This document shows, in pieces, positions 22,101-34,600 of a DNA stretch of 64,000 nucleotides. A program made the translations under genes and the position numbers. The first letter of the stretch is position 1. Each line of letters starts with the position of its first letter. A model generated the notes under the pieces. That model was not told where the DNA came from. It made no database searches and saw nothing but the letters and a program-made list of their open reading frames with translations. The DNA comes from Euglena gracilis. Its lineage: Eukaryota. The DNA lies in NCBI GenBank assembly GCA_039621445.1, contig CP154954.1, forward strand, positions 33,271,455-33,335,454, in the 5' to 3' direction.

Positions 22101-24319
22101 AAGTTTGTTTCCCTGGCCTCATTCATTTCAGCATCTTCAAAAGCAAAAATTTCCAAAACAACTGAGGGGTGCATGCACACTGCTGTTTGGGCCACGGCGT
22201 CGGCCTTGAGGTCGAAAAGCAGCAACGGGAAAGGGGCTGGGTCGGTGGGAATCATCCAGTCGGCAATGTTGAGGGGAACGTATACGTCCCCGGCTGCACT
22301 CTGTGAAGAGAGGGTGCACCTTGAGAAAGTCCTACCAAATGCCAAAAAAGAAACAGCTGATTTGCCAAAATGAAACGGCCAACAATCGCCAAAGAAAATG
22401 CCCAAAAAAAGCAAACATTGGTCCAAAACGACGCAAAAATGGCCCAATGTGGCTCAGAGTAGCCCAAAATGCAAATGGGCCAAAACTGGCAAAAAAAGGG
22501 CCGAAAAGGAAAACAAATGGCCTAAAATGGTTGGAAAGAAGTCAAAAATGGACCAAAAAGCCGCCGAAAATATGCGGGAATGGGCAAATATGCAGCGGGA
22601 AAACCCTCGGAAAATATGCGAAAAATTCACAAAACATGTGATTTTTGGGGTCAAAAAACGAAATATGCACTACCCCCCCCCGAGTCGTATGACCGGGTTC
22701 CTGCAACCTGTGACCGGGGGGGGGTGGTCATAACACCCCCATAACCTGCAACCTGTGACCGGGGGGTGGTCATAGATGAGGGGGCGGTCGTAGAAGTGTG
22801 TGAAAACTGTCCCAAAATGGCAGATTTACCCCCCCAAAATGTCCCATTTTTCAAAAATCCGGCGCTTCGCGCCGGCACGGGGGGCCACATTGGGGGGGGT
22901 CCATTTCATGGATTTTTGCTCGAACCGGCCAGGGGGGGGACTTTTTTGGGGGGTTATATTTTTCGCAACCTGCAACCTGTGACCGGGGGGGGGGTGGTCA
23001 TAACACCCCCATGACCTGCAACCTGTGACCGGGGGGTGGTCATAAATGAGGGGTGGTCGTACGACTAGGGGGGGGGTAAATATGTAGAATATGTAGAATA
23101 TGCGCAAAATATGCGCTCCGCGTTCCCCCCCCTGCCTTGCGGCTCCCCTTTAGCCCCTTTCTTTCAGTCGTCTGGGGAGAGGAATGCATGAAGAGCGTTT
23201 TTGGACTTGCACAGCACACCAAATCGGCAGTGCTGAAGCCAAAATTGAGCAGATGAAGAGTGTGGTGTAGTGTCTGATGGGCCGACGGGGAACGTTCAGG
23301 TTGATTCACCGCCTGGAGGAAGACTGGCCGGTTGCCGAGGTCGTCCTTTATGGTGCAGTCAGCATGCCTTTCCTGCAAACCAAGCCTGCCTGCCCTTGGA
23401 TGATCAGAGCCTGGACGAGAGATAAATTGGCACCGTGGCTGGCAGGCGTAGTTGGCGACTGGGAGGGGTGGGTTGACAAACCAATGAGGGCGCAATACAA
23501 ACTCCAAATGGCAGCACATGTTGCACCCAGTGGTGGAATTGGGTGACTGCAGCGGAAAGCCTGCTGGGTCTCCACCAACCGGTGCGTCAGGCCCCCGAAC
23601 GCACCCAGCGCATCGCAGGTCATGTGGTAGCCCTGCAAGGCATCGCAGCCTTCCACAAAGCGGCGGATGGGCTCCGCAAAAGTATCGATGGCAAAGGTTT
23701 GCGCATCCGCACCCATCGGGAACATGTTGTACAGCCCCAGACCTGCAGGGGGGGGGGACACAACTTCCTCTTTGGAGTGTACGGTGGCTGCACAATTGCT
23801 GAATCTTCACTCCACCCAAGAACCCCCACTTGGGGTGGATAAGAGATGCTTTAGGGGGATCATCTTGTCTTCTCCAAGAAATGCCGAATTTCCCCCCTCA
23901 TGTGTTTCCATGACACAAAACCCCCAGAGTACTGCACTTGCGTTTCGACCTTTGAGCCCTCTGGGATTGGACTGGCCTTTTATTCAATCGGCCCTTTGGT
24001 TGATGACGGTCTTCGATGCCAATCCCTTTAGGGGAAAAAACTACAGGGACCCTGTACAACTGTACAAGAAACCTGGGTCCCACCAAAAAAATGGTGGTTT
24101 TGGGGGTGGTTCACAGCCCCCTTCCCAAATTACCTCCCTCCCCTTATACCGCTAAATATCGTTGCTGTCCGGGGGGGGGGGGGGGGCGCTTTTTGGCCAA
24201 ATATCGCCACTGACCAGGGGGTGGTCGTTTGACAAGACCGGGGTCAAAACGCAAATCTGGAAAAAAAAGATCACCTGGAAAAAGATTGCTACTGACCGAG
24301 GGGTGGTCGTTGGACAAGG

Positions 24320-24353
<34 letters not shown>

Positions 24354-27300
24354 GGGGCGGTGAAAAAAAGCTGCTCTGTCTCCTTCCCTCTCCGGGAAAA
24401 AATGTTTTGCGACGGCCTGGTCCCCCCCAGCAGGTGCAAAAGGGACAAATAGGACAGTTTCCAGGGGGGGTGAACCTGTGGAGTGGCGGGCTGCTCCTTC
24501 GGAAACCAGCTGCAGGCTGTCAGGGTGAAGCTCCGGCACAATATACTGCTCTGAGTGCCCGGCCAAATAACCAACCGTCCTCTGGAGGAGTCTTTAAAGA
24601 AAGCACCCGGTGCGGAAGCTGTCGATCCCAGGCTCCCCTTGCTCTCCCTGCGTGCTGAAAAAATCTGGCAAAAAGCAAATGCCATAAAGGGTTCCAAATG
24701 TGGGTTTTTGATGCAGTTTCAAGACCATACGATTCTTCAAACTCCCTCATGGTGCCCATTTTGATTTAAATATACTCATCAAAATGTCCCAGAGGGTTAT
24801 GCGAGGATTGGTCTGTGATTGTGTTATTAATTATTTGTGTTACAATGTTGTTTTCCAAAATTTTATGTTTTTTAAAATAATTGGTGACCCAGGGTGGGCT
24901 GCCCCGGGGGGGTTGGGTCAAGAGGGTGTCTCCACTGAGGTGCCCCTCAACTTCCGCCTCGTGCCTGGGGGGGGGGGGGTTGGCTCGCCAAAAATGGCAA
25001 AAATTAAAAGAATTATTCAAAATCCGAAAAATTTCTAGTGCCTTTGGCGCCGGGTGGCTACACGGGATCGGACACACCTTGAGCCATGGTGTGGCCCCAA
25101 CCCACCCACCCACTCTCGAAACCCCCCGGGGGGGGGGGTCACACCGGTGTTAAATGGATCTATGGTTAAAACAGTGGTCAACCACCGGCAAAATCAAAGA
25201 TACCCCACAAGTTTGCAAAGCACCAGATACAGAATGATGCCAGGCACTAGTTGCCAGCCCAGTGGCGCTGCCTTGGAAGCTCGTTTCGGTTGCAACTCCT
25301 CCAAACCGTCTGCTTGCTCCGCATCGCAAAACAGGGGTTGATCTCAAGCTGGGCAAACCTGTACAAATTTGTCACAGATGGAAGAAGAGGAAAAAACAAA
25401 TCAAACCCAGAGGTTGGCTGTGACGCAAACCTCCATATCCGCCTTTTGGATTGGTGCAGGATTGCTTTGCCGCTTCAAACCCAACTCAGAGAATCCCTGT
25501 GTCAAGGTTAAAACTGCAAACAAGCACAGGGGAGCGAACATCCAGTGTGAATAATTGCCATTCAACCCCTGGGCGACATTGGCCTCCTGCTCGCCAGAAT
25601 CCACCCGTCTCTTCTTCTGACTCTCTTGCTGTGAGGAACAAAAAAGAATTGCTTTGGTTAAAAAAAAAGGTCTGAGTAAATACTGCGGGGGGGGGGGGGG
25701 GGGCTGTACGGGAAGGCGTGGTGAAGAAAATGGCATCCTTGGGTCATCATCCATCAACCAAAACGTCAAAAAAATGCGATTTTCAACCTTTAATTTTCGA
25801 CCCTGTTCAACTTCGAAAACCCAATGGTTGGCCCTCAGGCCTAAGGGCAGTCCTCAAGGGGAGGAGCTCAAGGGAAAAGCTCAGTGGATGGGGAACATAC
25901 AATTGCTTACCGACCCCCCCGGGGGGGGGGGGTCACTCCACTTTTTTAAAAACCAGTCAGTCACTCATTTTCAAAAAACCAGCCAGTCACTACCCCCCCC
26001 CCCCCGAGGGGGGGGTCGGCCACTCAGAAAAACGGCCACTTTCCAGTCACTTTAGGCCATTTTAGGCCAAAAAATTTTTTCCGGCACCTTCGGCGCCGGG
26101 TCACTCAAGCCACTTTTGCCCACTCCTGGCCGACCCCCCCCCCGGGGGGGGGGGGGGGGGGGGGGGGTCCAGGCCCAAAACCAGTCAGTCACTCTGAAAA
26201 AACCAGTCACCCCCCCCCCGGGGGGGGGGGGGGGGTGGGACAGTGCTTAAGCAATTGTCTGATGGGGAAATCTATCAGTCTGCCAGTCTGGTCATTCGGG
26301 GGGGCACACCCCAGGGTCATCGCTGTACTCTCGGTAGCGAACAGGCTCATCTGGTCCCTCTCCTTCTTCATCCAGTGCCATCGGGACAGGAGGTATCCAC
26401 TTGGGCGCCATGGAGTTCAAATCCAGTCCTTCCAGTTGCTCGCCCAGCCGCCATTCATACTCCACAGATGGCAATGGGCATCCTTTCTCAGAGCAATCCT
26501 GGCCATGACAGAGGGAGCAGATTGACACCAACAGCCGGCGCAGTACGGAGCCCACCTATGCTTACTGACCGGGGGGGGAGGGTGCCTACCCCTAGCAGGC
26601 ACCCCCCCGGGGGGGGACCCAGAAAATTTTCATTGAAAATAGCCTTTTCCGGGCCCCCAGCACCGGTTCGGAGGGATGGGCAGGCACCTCCAAAAAACCC
26701 ATCAGGGTTTGATATAAGGACAGGTGGGCGGGCCAGGAGGGGGGGTGGGGGGGACACCCCCCCATCTAAACAGTGGCGCGGTCCGGGTGACCGAAAATTT
26801 TTGCCCACCCAAAACGACCAAAAGTGCCATTCTGGGCACTTTTTGGGCAAAAATTTGCCAAAAATGCAAAAAATTTTCGGCGCAAAGCGCCAGAGGAAAA
26901 AATTGACCCTTTGGGGGGGAGGTCCACGGCACACCCCTCAACACCCCCCCCCACCGAGGGTCGGTCCCGCCCCCCAGGCAGGTGGGGGTGGGGGTCAGGA
27001 CCCCCCCTGCGGGCCAGGAGGGGGGGGGTGAGGGGGGACACCCCCCCACCTAAACCATGTACACCTTCCTTATATCAAACCCTGAACCCCATCCCCCGGT
27101 CGGATTGGTGCTATGGGGTGTCTGCCCCTAGCCCCCCACAGGATTCTGTTTAGTCCAGGGGGGGGGGCACGATGAAAGGAAGCCCTGGTTACGGCCTCCT
27201 TGAAGTCCACCAGCAGGGTGCGGGGGGTGCGGCGGCCCGGCGGTCCCTGGTACAAGACATCGCTGTCGATGTCTGCCTGGGTGGTGGCGTCCCAGAAGTG

Positions 27301-27357
27301 GGCTGCCACCAGTGTGGAGAGGGGCCCCAGGAAACAGCTCACCACCTCGCCGGCCAT
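7171..27357 (-). CDS. MSTO1: Misato/DML1 tubulin-like protein, at least 11 exons, C-terminus not found in the window
   Basis: Exons (minus): 27357-27191, 26466-26310, 25628-25575, 25325-25253, 24547-24476, 23742-23570, 23354-23220, 22300-22181, 21916-21774, 21700-21526, 7314-~7171. All phases join in frame. Misato motifs: EVVSCFLG...AHFWD...DVLY...TPRTLLVDFK; GWQYIVPELHPDSL; IRRFVEGCDALQGY...AFGG...ETIKDDL; AAALDTYLLP; PYPISPPF. Five introns are GT-AG (four donors GTGTGC, one GTTCAC) and five are nonconventional. Confidence 0.88.
9613..9667 (-). ncRNA. Possible short box AGA RNA, target unassigned
   Basis: Stem ttgcctgg/ccaggcaa, upper stem ccaa/ttgg, AGA 15 nt from the upper stem. Copies near 15244-15298 and 20601-20655. 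The paralogous segment at 11350-11426 lacks AGA. Confidence 0.4.
9788..9850 (-). ncRNA. Box AGA (single-hairpin H/ACA-like) pseudouridylation guide; predicted target is SSU rRNA UGCGGC-U-UAAUUUG (yeast 18S Psi1181 equivalent)
   Basis: Lower stem agttgct/agcagct, upper stem ccctc/gaggg, pocket arms catatt and gccgca, AGA 14 nt from the upper stem. Copies at 13567-13629, 15417-15479, 18922-18984 and 20774-20836. The two paralog types differ almost only in the apical loop. Confidence 0.85.
10161..10416. mobile_element. hAT-like MITE with 8-bp TSD ATCCAGAT
   Basis: TIR cagggg.tttttttaag / cttaaaaaaatccctg. TSD at 10153-10160 and 10417-10424. The empty site is seen in array copy 2 (~15787). Confidence 0.95.
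11083..11160 (-). ncRNA. Box AGA guide RNA, predicted 5.8S rRNA target (...UUU-U-G-AACGCA...)
   Basis: Hairpin ccagatta/tggttttgg with upper stem gcac/gtgc. The 5' pocket arm ccgtgcgtt is complementary to AACGCACGG, the 3' arm is aaat, and AGA lies 14 nt from the upper stem. Copy at 16454-16531, eroded relic near 7440-7490. Confidence 0.7.
11228..11300 (-). promoter_or_regulatory. Conserved bipartite motif GCAATGACA-N6/7-GCTCGATTGGATGACC (representative copy); candidate snoRNA promoter or processing element
   Basis: Copies start near 9441, 10930, 11229, 11527, 12323, 14065, 15071, 16301, 16600, 16897, 17686, 19424, 20428 and 21395 (partial). There is a relic at ~7569 and an inverted copy at ~33650-33695. 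Function is inferred only. Confidence 0.45.
11664..11730 (-). ncRNA. Box C/D snoRNA; D guide GATTCCCCTGG is complementary to the conserved LSU rRNA sequence CCAGGGGAAUC
   Basis: ATGATGC (variant C)...CAGA (D')...GTGATGG (C')...GATTCCCCTGG-CTGA (D). The +5 rule predicts the second G of GGGG. Copies at 14202-14268, 17034-17100 and 19562-19628. Confidence 0.75.
11840..11906 (-). ncRNA. Box C/D snoRNA, D' guide family TGCACACCA
   Basis: GTGATGA-ccaccaccgttgcacacca-CCGA...GTGATT...CTGA, 67 nt. Copies at 14402-14468, 17203-17269 and 19762-19828. Confidence 0.75.
12186..12245 (-). ncRNA. Box C/D snoRNA, D' guide ACTGCACACCAC
   Basis: GTGATGA-tccccttactgcacaccaca-ATGA...TGATT-ctttgtccgcc-CTGA. The copy at 17548-17607 has ATGATGA, so it varies only at the R of RTGATGA. 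Confidence 0.8.
12449..13164. mobile_element. Two abutting hAT-like MITEs (12449-12882, 12891-13164) sharing a triplicated 8-bp target CTAC(G/A)GAT
   Basis: ctacggat-CAGGctttt...aaaagCCTG-ctacagat-CAGGctgttt...aaacagCCTG-ctacggat. Repeated in array copy 2 (17811-18522). Confidence 0.92.
13567..13629 (-). ncRNA. Box AGA guide RNA, isoform 2 of the SSU-targeting guide
   Basis: AGTTGCT-CATATT-CCCTC...GAGGG-GCCGCA-AGCAACT-G-AGA. Further copy at 18922-18984. Confidence 0.85.
21202..21262 (-). ncRNA. Box C/D snoRNA, diverged paralog of 12186-12245, just outside the array
   Basis: GTGATGA-ttccctcactgcacaccact-CTGA-gcccccacac-TGATG-ctttgtctctt-CTGA. Its 5' half is tandemly duplicated (59 bp) at ~21281-21338. 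Confidence 0.85.
22673..23076. mobile_element. TA-flanked MITE (Tc1/mariner-like) in a Misato intron
   Basis: ta-ccccccc.gagtcgtatgacc ... ggtcgtacgactagggggggg-ta, with internal acctgcaacctgtgaccgg repeats. Confidence 0.75.
26703..27084. mobile_element. hAT-like MITE inside Misato intron 1
   Basis: TIR cagggtttgatataagga / tccttatatcaaaccctg. Imperfect TSD aaacccat/aaccccat. Confidence 0.85.
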
Positions 27358-28699
27358 GCTGCATCCTCTGCGGGGGAAGGGGAGACGGGAAAAAAATCCC
27401 TGTCCCGGCCATGCTTGTGCTTACCGACCGGGGGGGGAGGTGGGTGGGTGGGTGCTATGGGGTGCCCAGGGATGGATGGGAAGCCTTGAGGAGGGGGGGG
27501 GGTTGGACCCCCCCTCCCAACATGGACAACACGGAGGGGGGGGGTGGGTTGGACCCTCCCCTTCTACCTCGAAACAGGGGGGGGGGCGAAAATTTTTCGA
27601 TTTCATGGACGGGCAAAGGGCTGGAAATAGGGTCGAAATCGGTCGATCCAAAATGCTCATTTTTTTTGAAATTGTTTGTGCATTTTTGGGGGGGCCAGAA
27701 AATTTTCATTGAAAATGGCCTTTTCTGGGCCCCCGGCGCCAGGGTTGGAGGGGGGGGTGCCTGATATGGGCAGGCACCCCTGAAAACCGTACCCCCCCTG
27801 GGGAGGGGGTTCGGATGGGTCCTATAGGGTGCCTGCCCCTAGCACCCCCCCCCCGTGGGGCAGGCACCTGACTGAGCACAAGCCTGGTCCATTTAATGCA
27901 AAATACACAGAAAAAATGGCTGAAGAAAGTGCCATGTTTTGGCAAAAAAAAACATGACGGTGGGAATCAAAACCATTTTCTTCTGGCATGCCTGGGCCAA
28001 TCACCAAACCACCAAAAAACATGACAAACAATGCGTTTTTGAATTTTTAATTTTCGCCCTTCCAATCTGGCCTGGGCCCAAGGCGATGGTGAAGGGATAA
28101 GAGAACCACAAAACAGGCTTCCAAAGAAATGCATTTGGCAACACCAAAAACCGAGGAAAACCCTCAAAAAGACCATTTGGCATACACCACCAAATGTCTA
28201 GATTGTCACCAAAGACCCATCGACACAGAGAATGTCCCATACCCAATGAACACCCCCTTCAACCCCTTCGTGCTCATTGGGCTTGGGGGGGGGGGAATAC
28301 CCATCACTTTTAAAGTCATCTTCCCGGACACTTTTTTCATTTGAATGAGTTGTTTCTCAAAAATCTTGTTACTGGAATTCCGGGGGCACGATTTTGTACA
28401 CCCCCTGTTCATTGGGCAAGGGGGGTTCATTGAGCAGTGAGGTCCAGGGGACCCGACTGGAAAATTCCTCCGGTGCTGTGCGCCAAGGTGGAAATGAGGG
28501 TTTTTCATGAATTTTTTTTGGCTGATTTTGTTCCAAAAAAAATCCCAAATGGAGAAAACTTGAACCAGTTTTGGAGGCCTGAAAAAGTTTTTGGCGCTTT
28601 GCGCCAGTCACAGAAAAAATTTTTCCACTGGCTAGCCCTGCTTGCAGACCCCCCCCCCCGAGGAACAATATGCAACAAGTACGTATTGTGCAACATATT

Positions 28700-31600
28700 G
28701 TATGGCAGCCATGTGGAACAATATTGGCGCAGGCAGAGACTGGCACATTTCAGAACTCGAGTTGGAGAGCACGGTGCCAACTGGCGATATAACATCATGC
28801 ATCGTCCTTCAGAATCAAACCGGAGTGCAACCATCACGCAGCAAATGGTGGCACTTCCAATTGCTCGAACCACTCTTTACCCTGACTCAGGGTGTATGAA
28901 CGTTTCCGCGGTGGAGAATCAGTGTCCGAAACCCAATTTGCAGCAGGGCTTTGCGTCACCAAGGTCAAGAAATCCCACTGGTGAGCAGAGGGTTTTTCAA
29001 TCACCCAGGGAGGTTCCATTTTTGTAGCCCTTTTTGCAATTGCAAAATACAGGAAAAAAACAGCAGGTTGGGGTGGGGTCAAATTTATTCAGCGTTATTC
29101 CTGCCTTGGTTGTGGGCCCACCTCTTCCAATTTTTTTTCAGGGCACTAATTTTTCAGGTAAAGAAATTCCTTTGGCACCTAAGGTGCCTTGCATTCTCTA
29201 AAGGCGGCTTCAGGACCTCGAAACCTCCCTGCAAATGCTGCCGTCCTAAAAATACCTTCAAAAAGCCAAAAAACACATCATTCTGGCAAAATATTTCTTC
29301 TGACCGAGCACAACTGAAATTGCAAAATCTGGCCAAAACAAGCCAAATCCAGGAATTTTTTTTCTGGAAGAGCGGCATCCATGATCGAAGAAAACAATTT
29401 TTCGACTTCTGATTTCGGACCCGTCGACCTTGGAAGACCAAGGTCGACGGGTCTAAAGAACCTTTAAAAAATCCTTTGAAGTTTTTGAAAACATTTTTCT
29501 GGTGTCTTGTTATGGCGTTGAGGAGTGATCTTTAGAGGAGACACGGGATTTATTGGCCAGGTCTTGCCAAATAAATTACTACTTTTTGGCTAGCTTTGAC
29601 TGAAAAATCCAGCCTGCCTGGACCTCTTTGGCTCTTTGGAACAGAATCCTGCGAGATTCTGGGGGCCAACCCACAACAACAGCTGAAAGATCACTTTGTG
29701 CCATGTGGCTGACATGGGGGGGGAACCCTTTTGAGAAGCAGAGCCCTGAGCCCAATCCATGTTGTCCAGGTCATCCATCAAACCATGCGTCGGGGTGAAG
29801 CCCCTCACCGCGCCCGCCCCAGGGACTTGCACCGGCTCTGATTTCAACGGTGTTCCGCCCACAGCGAGGGGTGGCAAAGGTCCATGCAGGGGGCCGCGTC
29901 CCAGGCCGGAGGTCGTTGGGGGTCGGAGGATGCCATTGCTATCGTACCCTGGGGGGGGGGGGACTTTCCGCATTTCGAAAAAGCAATCAGCCACTTTCAA
30001 CAACCAGTCATCCACTTCCCATCCCGGTCACTGTGGCCACTCTTCAAATTGCGCAAAATCAATGAGTTTGGCCAAAATTCTTGGGGGGCAGGTGACCGCT
30101 TTCAGTCATGCCCATTCCTGATCTAAGGCCGGTCAATCACTCTCAAAAAAGCCAGCCGTCACCCCCCAGGGGTGAGGGGGAGAAACCCCTTCAGCAATGG
30201 TATGGTTGGGGGGCAGCCCCTTCGGCTGGAAGCGGTGGCCCCGTGTCCCCGTCGGACGCTTGGGGCAGGCGGTGTGCCTCCGATGCTCTTCCGTGGGGTG
30301 GAGGCAAACCACAAAAAATCTCATCCCGAGGGCATTCCTTCATTTGAGGGCAAACCAACCAGATAAAAATGGTTAATTTTGCGACCTCGGCATTGTTTGC
30401 AGTGAGGAAAATGCTTTCCTGGCGAACATTACCCATCCACCAAACATCCACAAAACGAAACAAAATCATGTTTTCAACTTCTCAGTTATTTTGAACCCTC
30501 GTCTGGTCACGGTAAAAAAAAATGGTGGGAATCCTGCCAGTTTCAGTCTCCAAAAAAGCAATAATTTTGTTGTATATTCTTTGGACAAAAAAAAACGTGA
30601 CGTCATGAGTGGTTCCAAAATCATTCCTGACTAAACGTACGCCTTCAAAAACACGCATCCCCTGCCAAAAGCTAAAAAAAAAGATAAACAAATTTTCCTC
30701 ATTTCCTTGAGTATAAATGAACACCAGGGCCCTCGGCACAGTCCCTGTCGCACATTGGCACTGCCACCTGCAGCATCGGCGCGCGTTGGGCCGGGGCACA
30801 GCGGCAGCCGCACCGGCCAGATGATCTGCCCCAGGCGGCCGAAGCACGGCGTTACGTCACACGGCACATGAGGCGGGGCGGCGGCAAGCAGAGCTGAGCT
30901 GATGCGGGCCGGGAGACGCCAGTCAGGGTTTTTTTTTAAAAGACCCCCACCCACTTTTTGCCAAAAATCGCGAAAATGCCAAAAAAGCGCACCATTTTCG
31001 AAAATTTTCGGGGCGGAAAAATATTCTCACCGCCCCCTGGGGGACCTCCCCCGGGGTTCAAGACTTAAAAAAAAACTCCTGGTGCCAGTGCGGGGGGGGG
31101 GTCCACATCGTCAACAACCCTGCATGGCTGGGGAGGGCCGCAGGCGAATCTTCAGCCGGTGCAGCGGGTACTCGTACATCCGGCACCGCTCCAGCAACTG
31201 CGCAACGTCCTTGATGCCTGCCAGGCTATGCGCTGGGGTTGATCTCTTCCCATTCCAATCCACTCTCACATGTGTATACAAGCAAACTGTTGTTGAGAAG
31301 AAACTTGGAGACTTTCCGGGATGTGGGGCCATTCGTATGGGAGGAGGTCTGCAGGGGGTCACCGGTGCCGTACATACGCTGGACATGGGTGTCGAAGGTT
31401 GGGCCCAAGAGGTGGTTGATGGAGGTGTTCCCGCATGCTGTCCTAAACCCTGTGACCATTGAAATGTTCCATTGAATTTGATATTGAAAGGTTGCTGTAA
31501 AAAAAACGTTATAGAATAGGTCTGGCTGGATGAAGGTTTTGGTTTTCTTGCGCTTGTCAGTTCAGTTGAATTAGTGTTCCCATGTGCGCAAAACAAACAC

Positions 31601-34600
31601 CTCCTTGTCGTCACTGCGCGGTCCAGCTGCGGTTTGGCCCGTTTGAGCAAGTCCCAGATCCGGAATTGCACACGGAAATACTCTTTCTTGATCTGCTCCC
31701 GCCGCTTGATGAGCCGCAGAACATTGAGCACCTCCACCTCCAGGGCTGAAGGGTGGCTTGCTGTGCATCCGGGCTGGTCTAAGGGGGACCCACTTCTCTG
31801 CTGCGCTAAAATGGCCTTTCGGCAGCCTTCAAGCAGAAAAAACTTGCTGTCCCTCATGCCTCATGGACCGACCGCCCTCATCGTTGGGCATGGGGGGCGG
31901 GGGAATGAGTTAAAATGAGAATCCTGATGATGGTTGATGCTGGTTGGACTGTGGTTGGTTTGATAAGAAAACATGCTGAACAAAAAACCTCCCAGCATTC
32001 GTTGGGCAGATGCCCTAAAACTGCCCCAGTCATCCCTGCCCTCCAGACCGTCTCGCTGGCGTTGTTGTCAGGTGATGCCTGACTCCGTTGCCCACCCCCT
32101 GCACAAAAATAACACACCATTTCGAAAGAACATCCCCCAGAATTGATTGACCCCCCTCATTTCCGGCAACAAAAATTGCGGTCCAAACCCCTGGAGCCTC
32201 CCTCCCTCTTGAAACCCCCCCCCTGGAGCGGGGGTCACGCAGGTGTCAATTGAATCTCTGGTTCCGAACCAGGCTGTTTTTTTTACCAACCCTGGGGGGG
32301 AGGGGGGTCCGGAGTGCCTGCCCAGGCAGGCACTACCCCCCCCCTTAGTTACAAGGCTTCTTGCCTGATTATGGCCGGCGCTAACTGTTTATGGCCGGCG
32401 CTAACTTCGCTTCTGGCCCAGTTTGCTGCGTGGTGAGTGGCCAGGGACCCCTTACACCAGTCCTCTTTTGTTGCTCCCCCTGGCCGGGTGAGTAACTCTG
32501 GTGAAATTCCAGCGCTGTAGGGACCATGCATCTCTCTAAGGTTTTGCGAACCCCCCCCCCCCGGGGGGGGGGGGGGTTGCAGCCACCCCCAATTTGGGCC
32601 CAGCCCAGGCGCAGCAACACCCCCCCGGGGGGGGGCGATGCTCCTACCCCACCTAGCCAGCCCCTTTTTTGGGGGGTCCAGCCCAAAATTTTTCGGCGCA
32701 AAGCGCCGAAATTTTTTGAAAAAATGTGTTCAAAAGTGGCCAAAAATGGGGTTTGGGGGGCGTTTGGGGCATTTTTGGGGGGTTTCAGTGCATCATTTTT
32801 TCAAAACTGTGTTCTGCAGGTCATTTTTGGGCACTTTTCCGATTTCAGTCCAGCTCGCCCCGGTTCAGGCCCAGCCCCCCCCCCCGGGGGGGGGGGGCGG
32901 GCTAGCCAGCCCAAATTTCTAGCCAGCCCAAATTTCTAGCCCTAGCCCAGCACCCCCCCTCCGGGGTCCTCAAAGAGATGTATGGTAGGGAAATACACTC
33001 ACCTTGTGTGGTTGGTGTGGTTCCCGTGGGTGGGTCTACACCCTTGCGCCCCACTACCCCCCCGGGGGGGGTCGAATTTCGGCCTGCACCAAAACAGATT
33101 CCTTTAAAAATAGGCCATTTTTGGCTCCCCGGCACCTTCGGCACCGGGGTCTGTGCCAGGGGACTTTTGGCCGTGTACCCTACCCCTGGGGGGGGGGGGG
33201 TCGGATCGGGAGTGCCTGCCCAGGCAGGCACCCAGTCCCGGGGTGGGGTTGGCACCCGACTAAAATACAGCCTGTTCTGAACAGGTGAAACTTGCGGTCC
33301 GAGCGTTGGAATCGGGGGGGGGGGGGATAAAACATAATCCCTAAAATCACCGGCAGGAAAAGAACATAGGCATCATCTTCTTGGAGATCATCCAAAGCAG
33401 CAGAGGTGTTGGCCAGCTTGAACCGGGGACAGTTGCGCAAATAATTTTGACTCTTCTCAATGTCCAAAGAAGGAATCTGCTGTCATTTTTTCTGGGTGTT
33501 AAGAAGGCGAATTTGATTTTGACACCTGTTTCCAGGGCAATCCTGCGCACCAAGTTTTCAGGAGCGCAACTCCTCAGGTTCTACAGTCGTGGGCTGTTTT
33601 CACCACCCGCAGGAGGCAGCTTGGAGGGGAGGATTAACTATTTTGATATTGATCCGGAGCTTTGCAATGACACCCAACGGCTCGATTGGCTGACCCCACA
33701 AATGTGCCACTGTGCGCCGGCAGCAACGGGCTTACCCCCCCCCGCGAAACTGTCATGCCCGAGAACCTGTCGCTCCAAAATCTATGCTTCCAAAATTTAG
33801 CTTGTGGTTCGCAGAGCCCTTTCGAGGGGCTCATAACTCGGGATCGAGTCAAGGAGAATGAGTGGAGACCACTCATTTTCACAGGTAATTCACAATCTAT
33901 AACATGGCATATATCCGGGACCACAACACTGCACACAACCAAAATCACGACTGCCACAAAAACTAAAAAAAATACAAAACACGAGAAACAAACGTAAATG
34001 AAACGCAATGCACCCACCTCCCCCTAAACGCCTGCTCCACCAACCACCAAAAAAAGCAGACAGGAGGAAAACACCAAATTGCTCAAAAGCTCACAGAGGA
34101 CACCCAAAAAAGCACCAAATTGCAAAGATTCCTTTGCGCGGTGGTGGAATGGTTGCTGGATATCAAAAGGATCGGCACTGGGCAGTGCTCAGGACCACAA
34201 TGAACACACCCAAGCGTGCTGCTTGGACGAGGCAAAGACACAACTGACAAGCAAACGTTTTTTGCAAAAGAGACATCAAGATGCGGATATGTTGTCAAAG
34301 TCCTAGGGGGGTCTCGAAAAAACAAATCTATAATTAATTCGTTTTAGAATCTTTCACATAGAATAAATAGGAATTTGAACCAGAATTTGCTTATACAAAT
34401 CTATATTCCGTTCTAGTAGAAAATTCTATATCAAATTATATTTTGGGGCTTCTGGCTAAAAAGAACACAAACAGCACAAATTACAAATTACAAACTCCTT
34501 TTTTGGTGGCGAAAGACGATGTGGGCCAAAAATCGGCACCATGTGAAAACAACAATGAGGGGTCAGCCAAACCCACTGCCCAGGGTTTCCAGGACTCGCA

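Noticed and set aside
24610-24655. Alternative GT-AG exon (ARRESKGSLGSTASAP) in Misato
   Set aside because: The nonconventional intron 24548-25252 has paired ends and restores the conserved W-x-Y...HP motif. The alternative is not excluded without cDNA.
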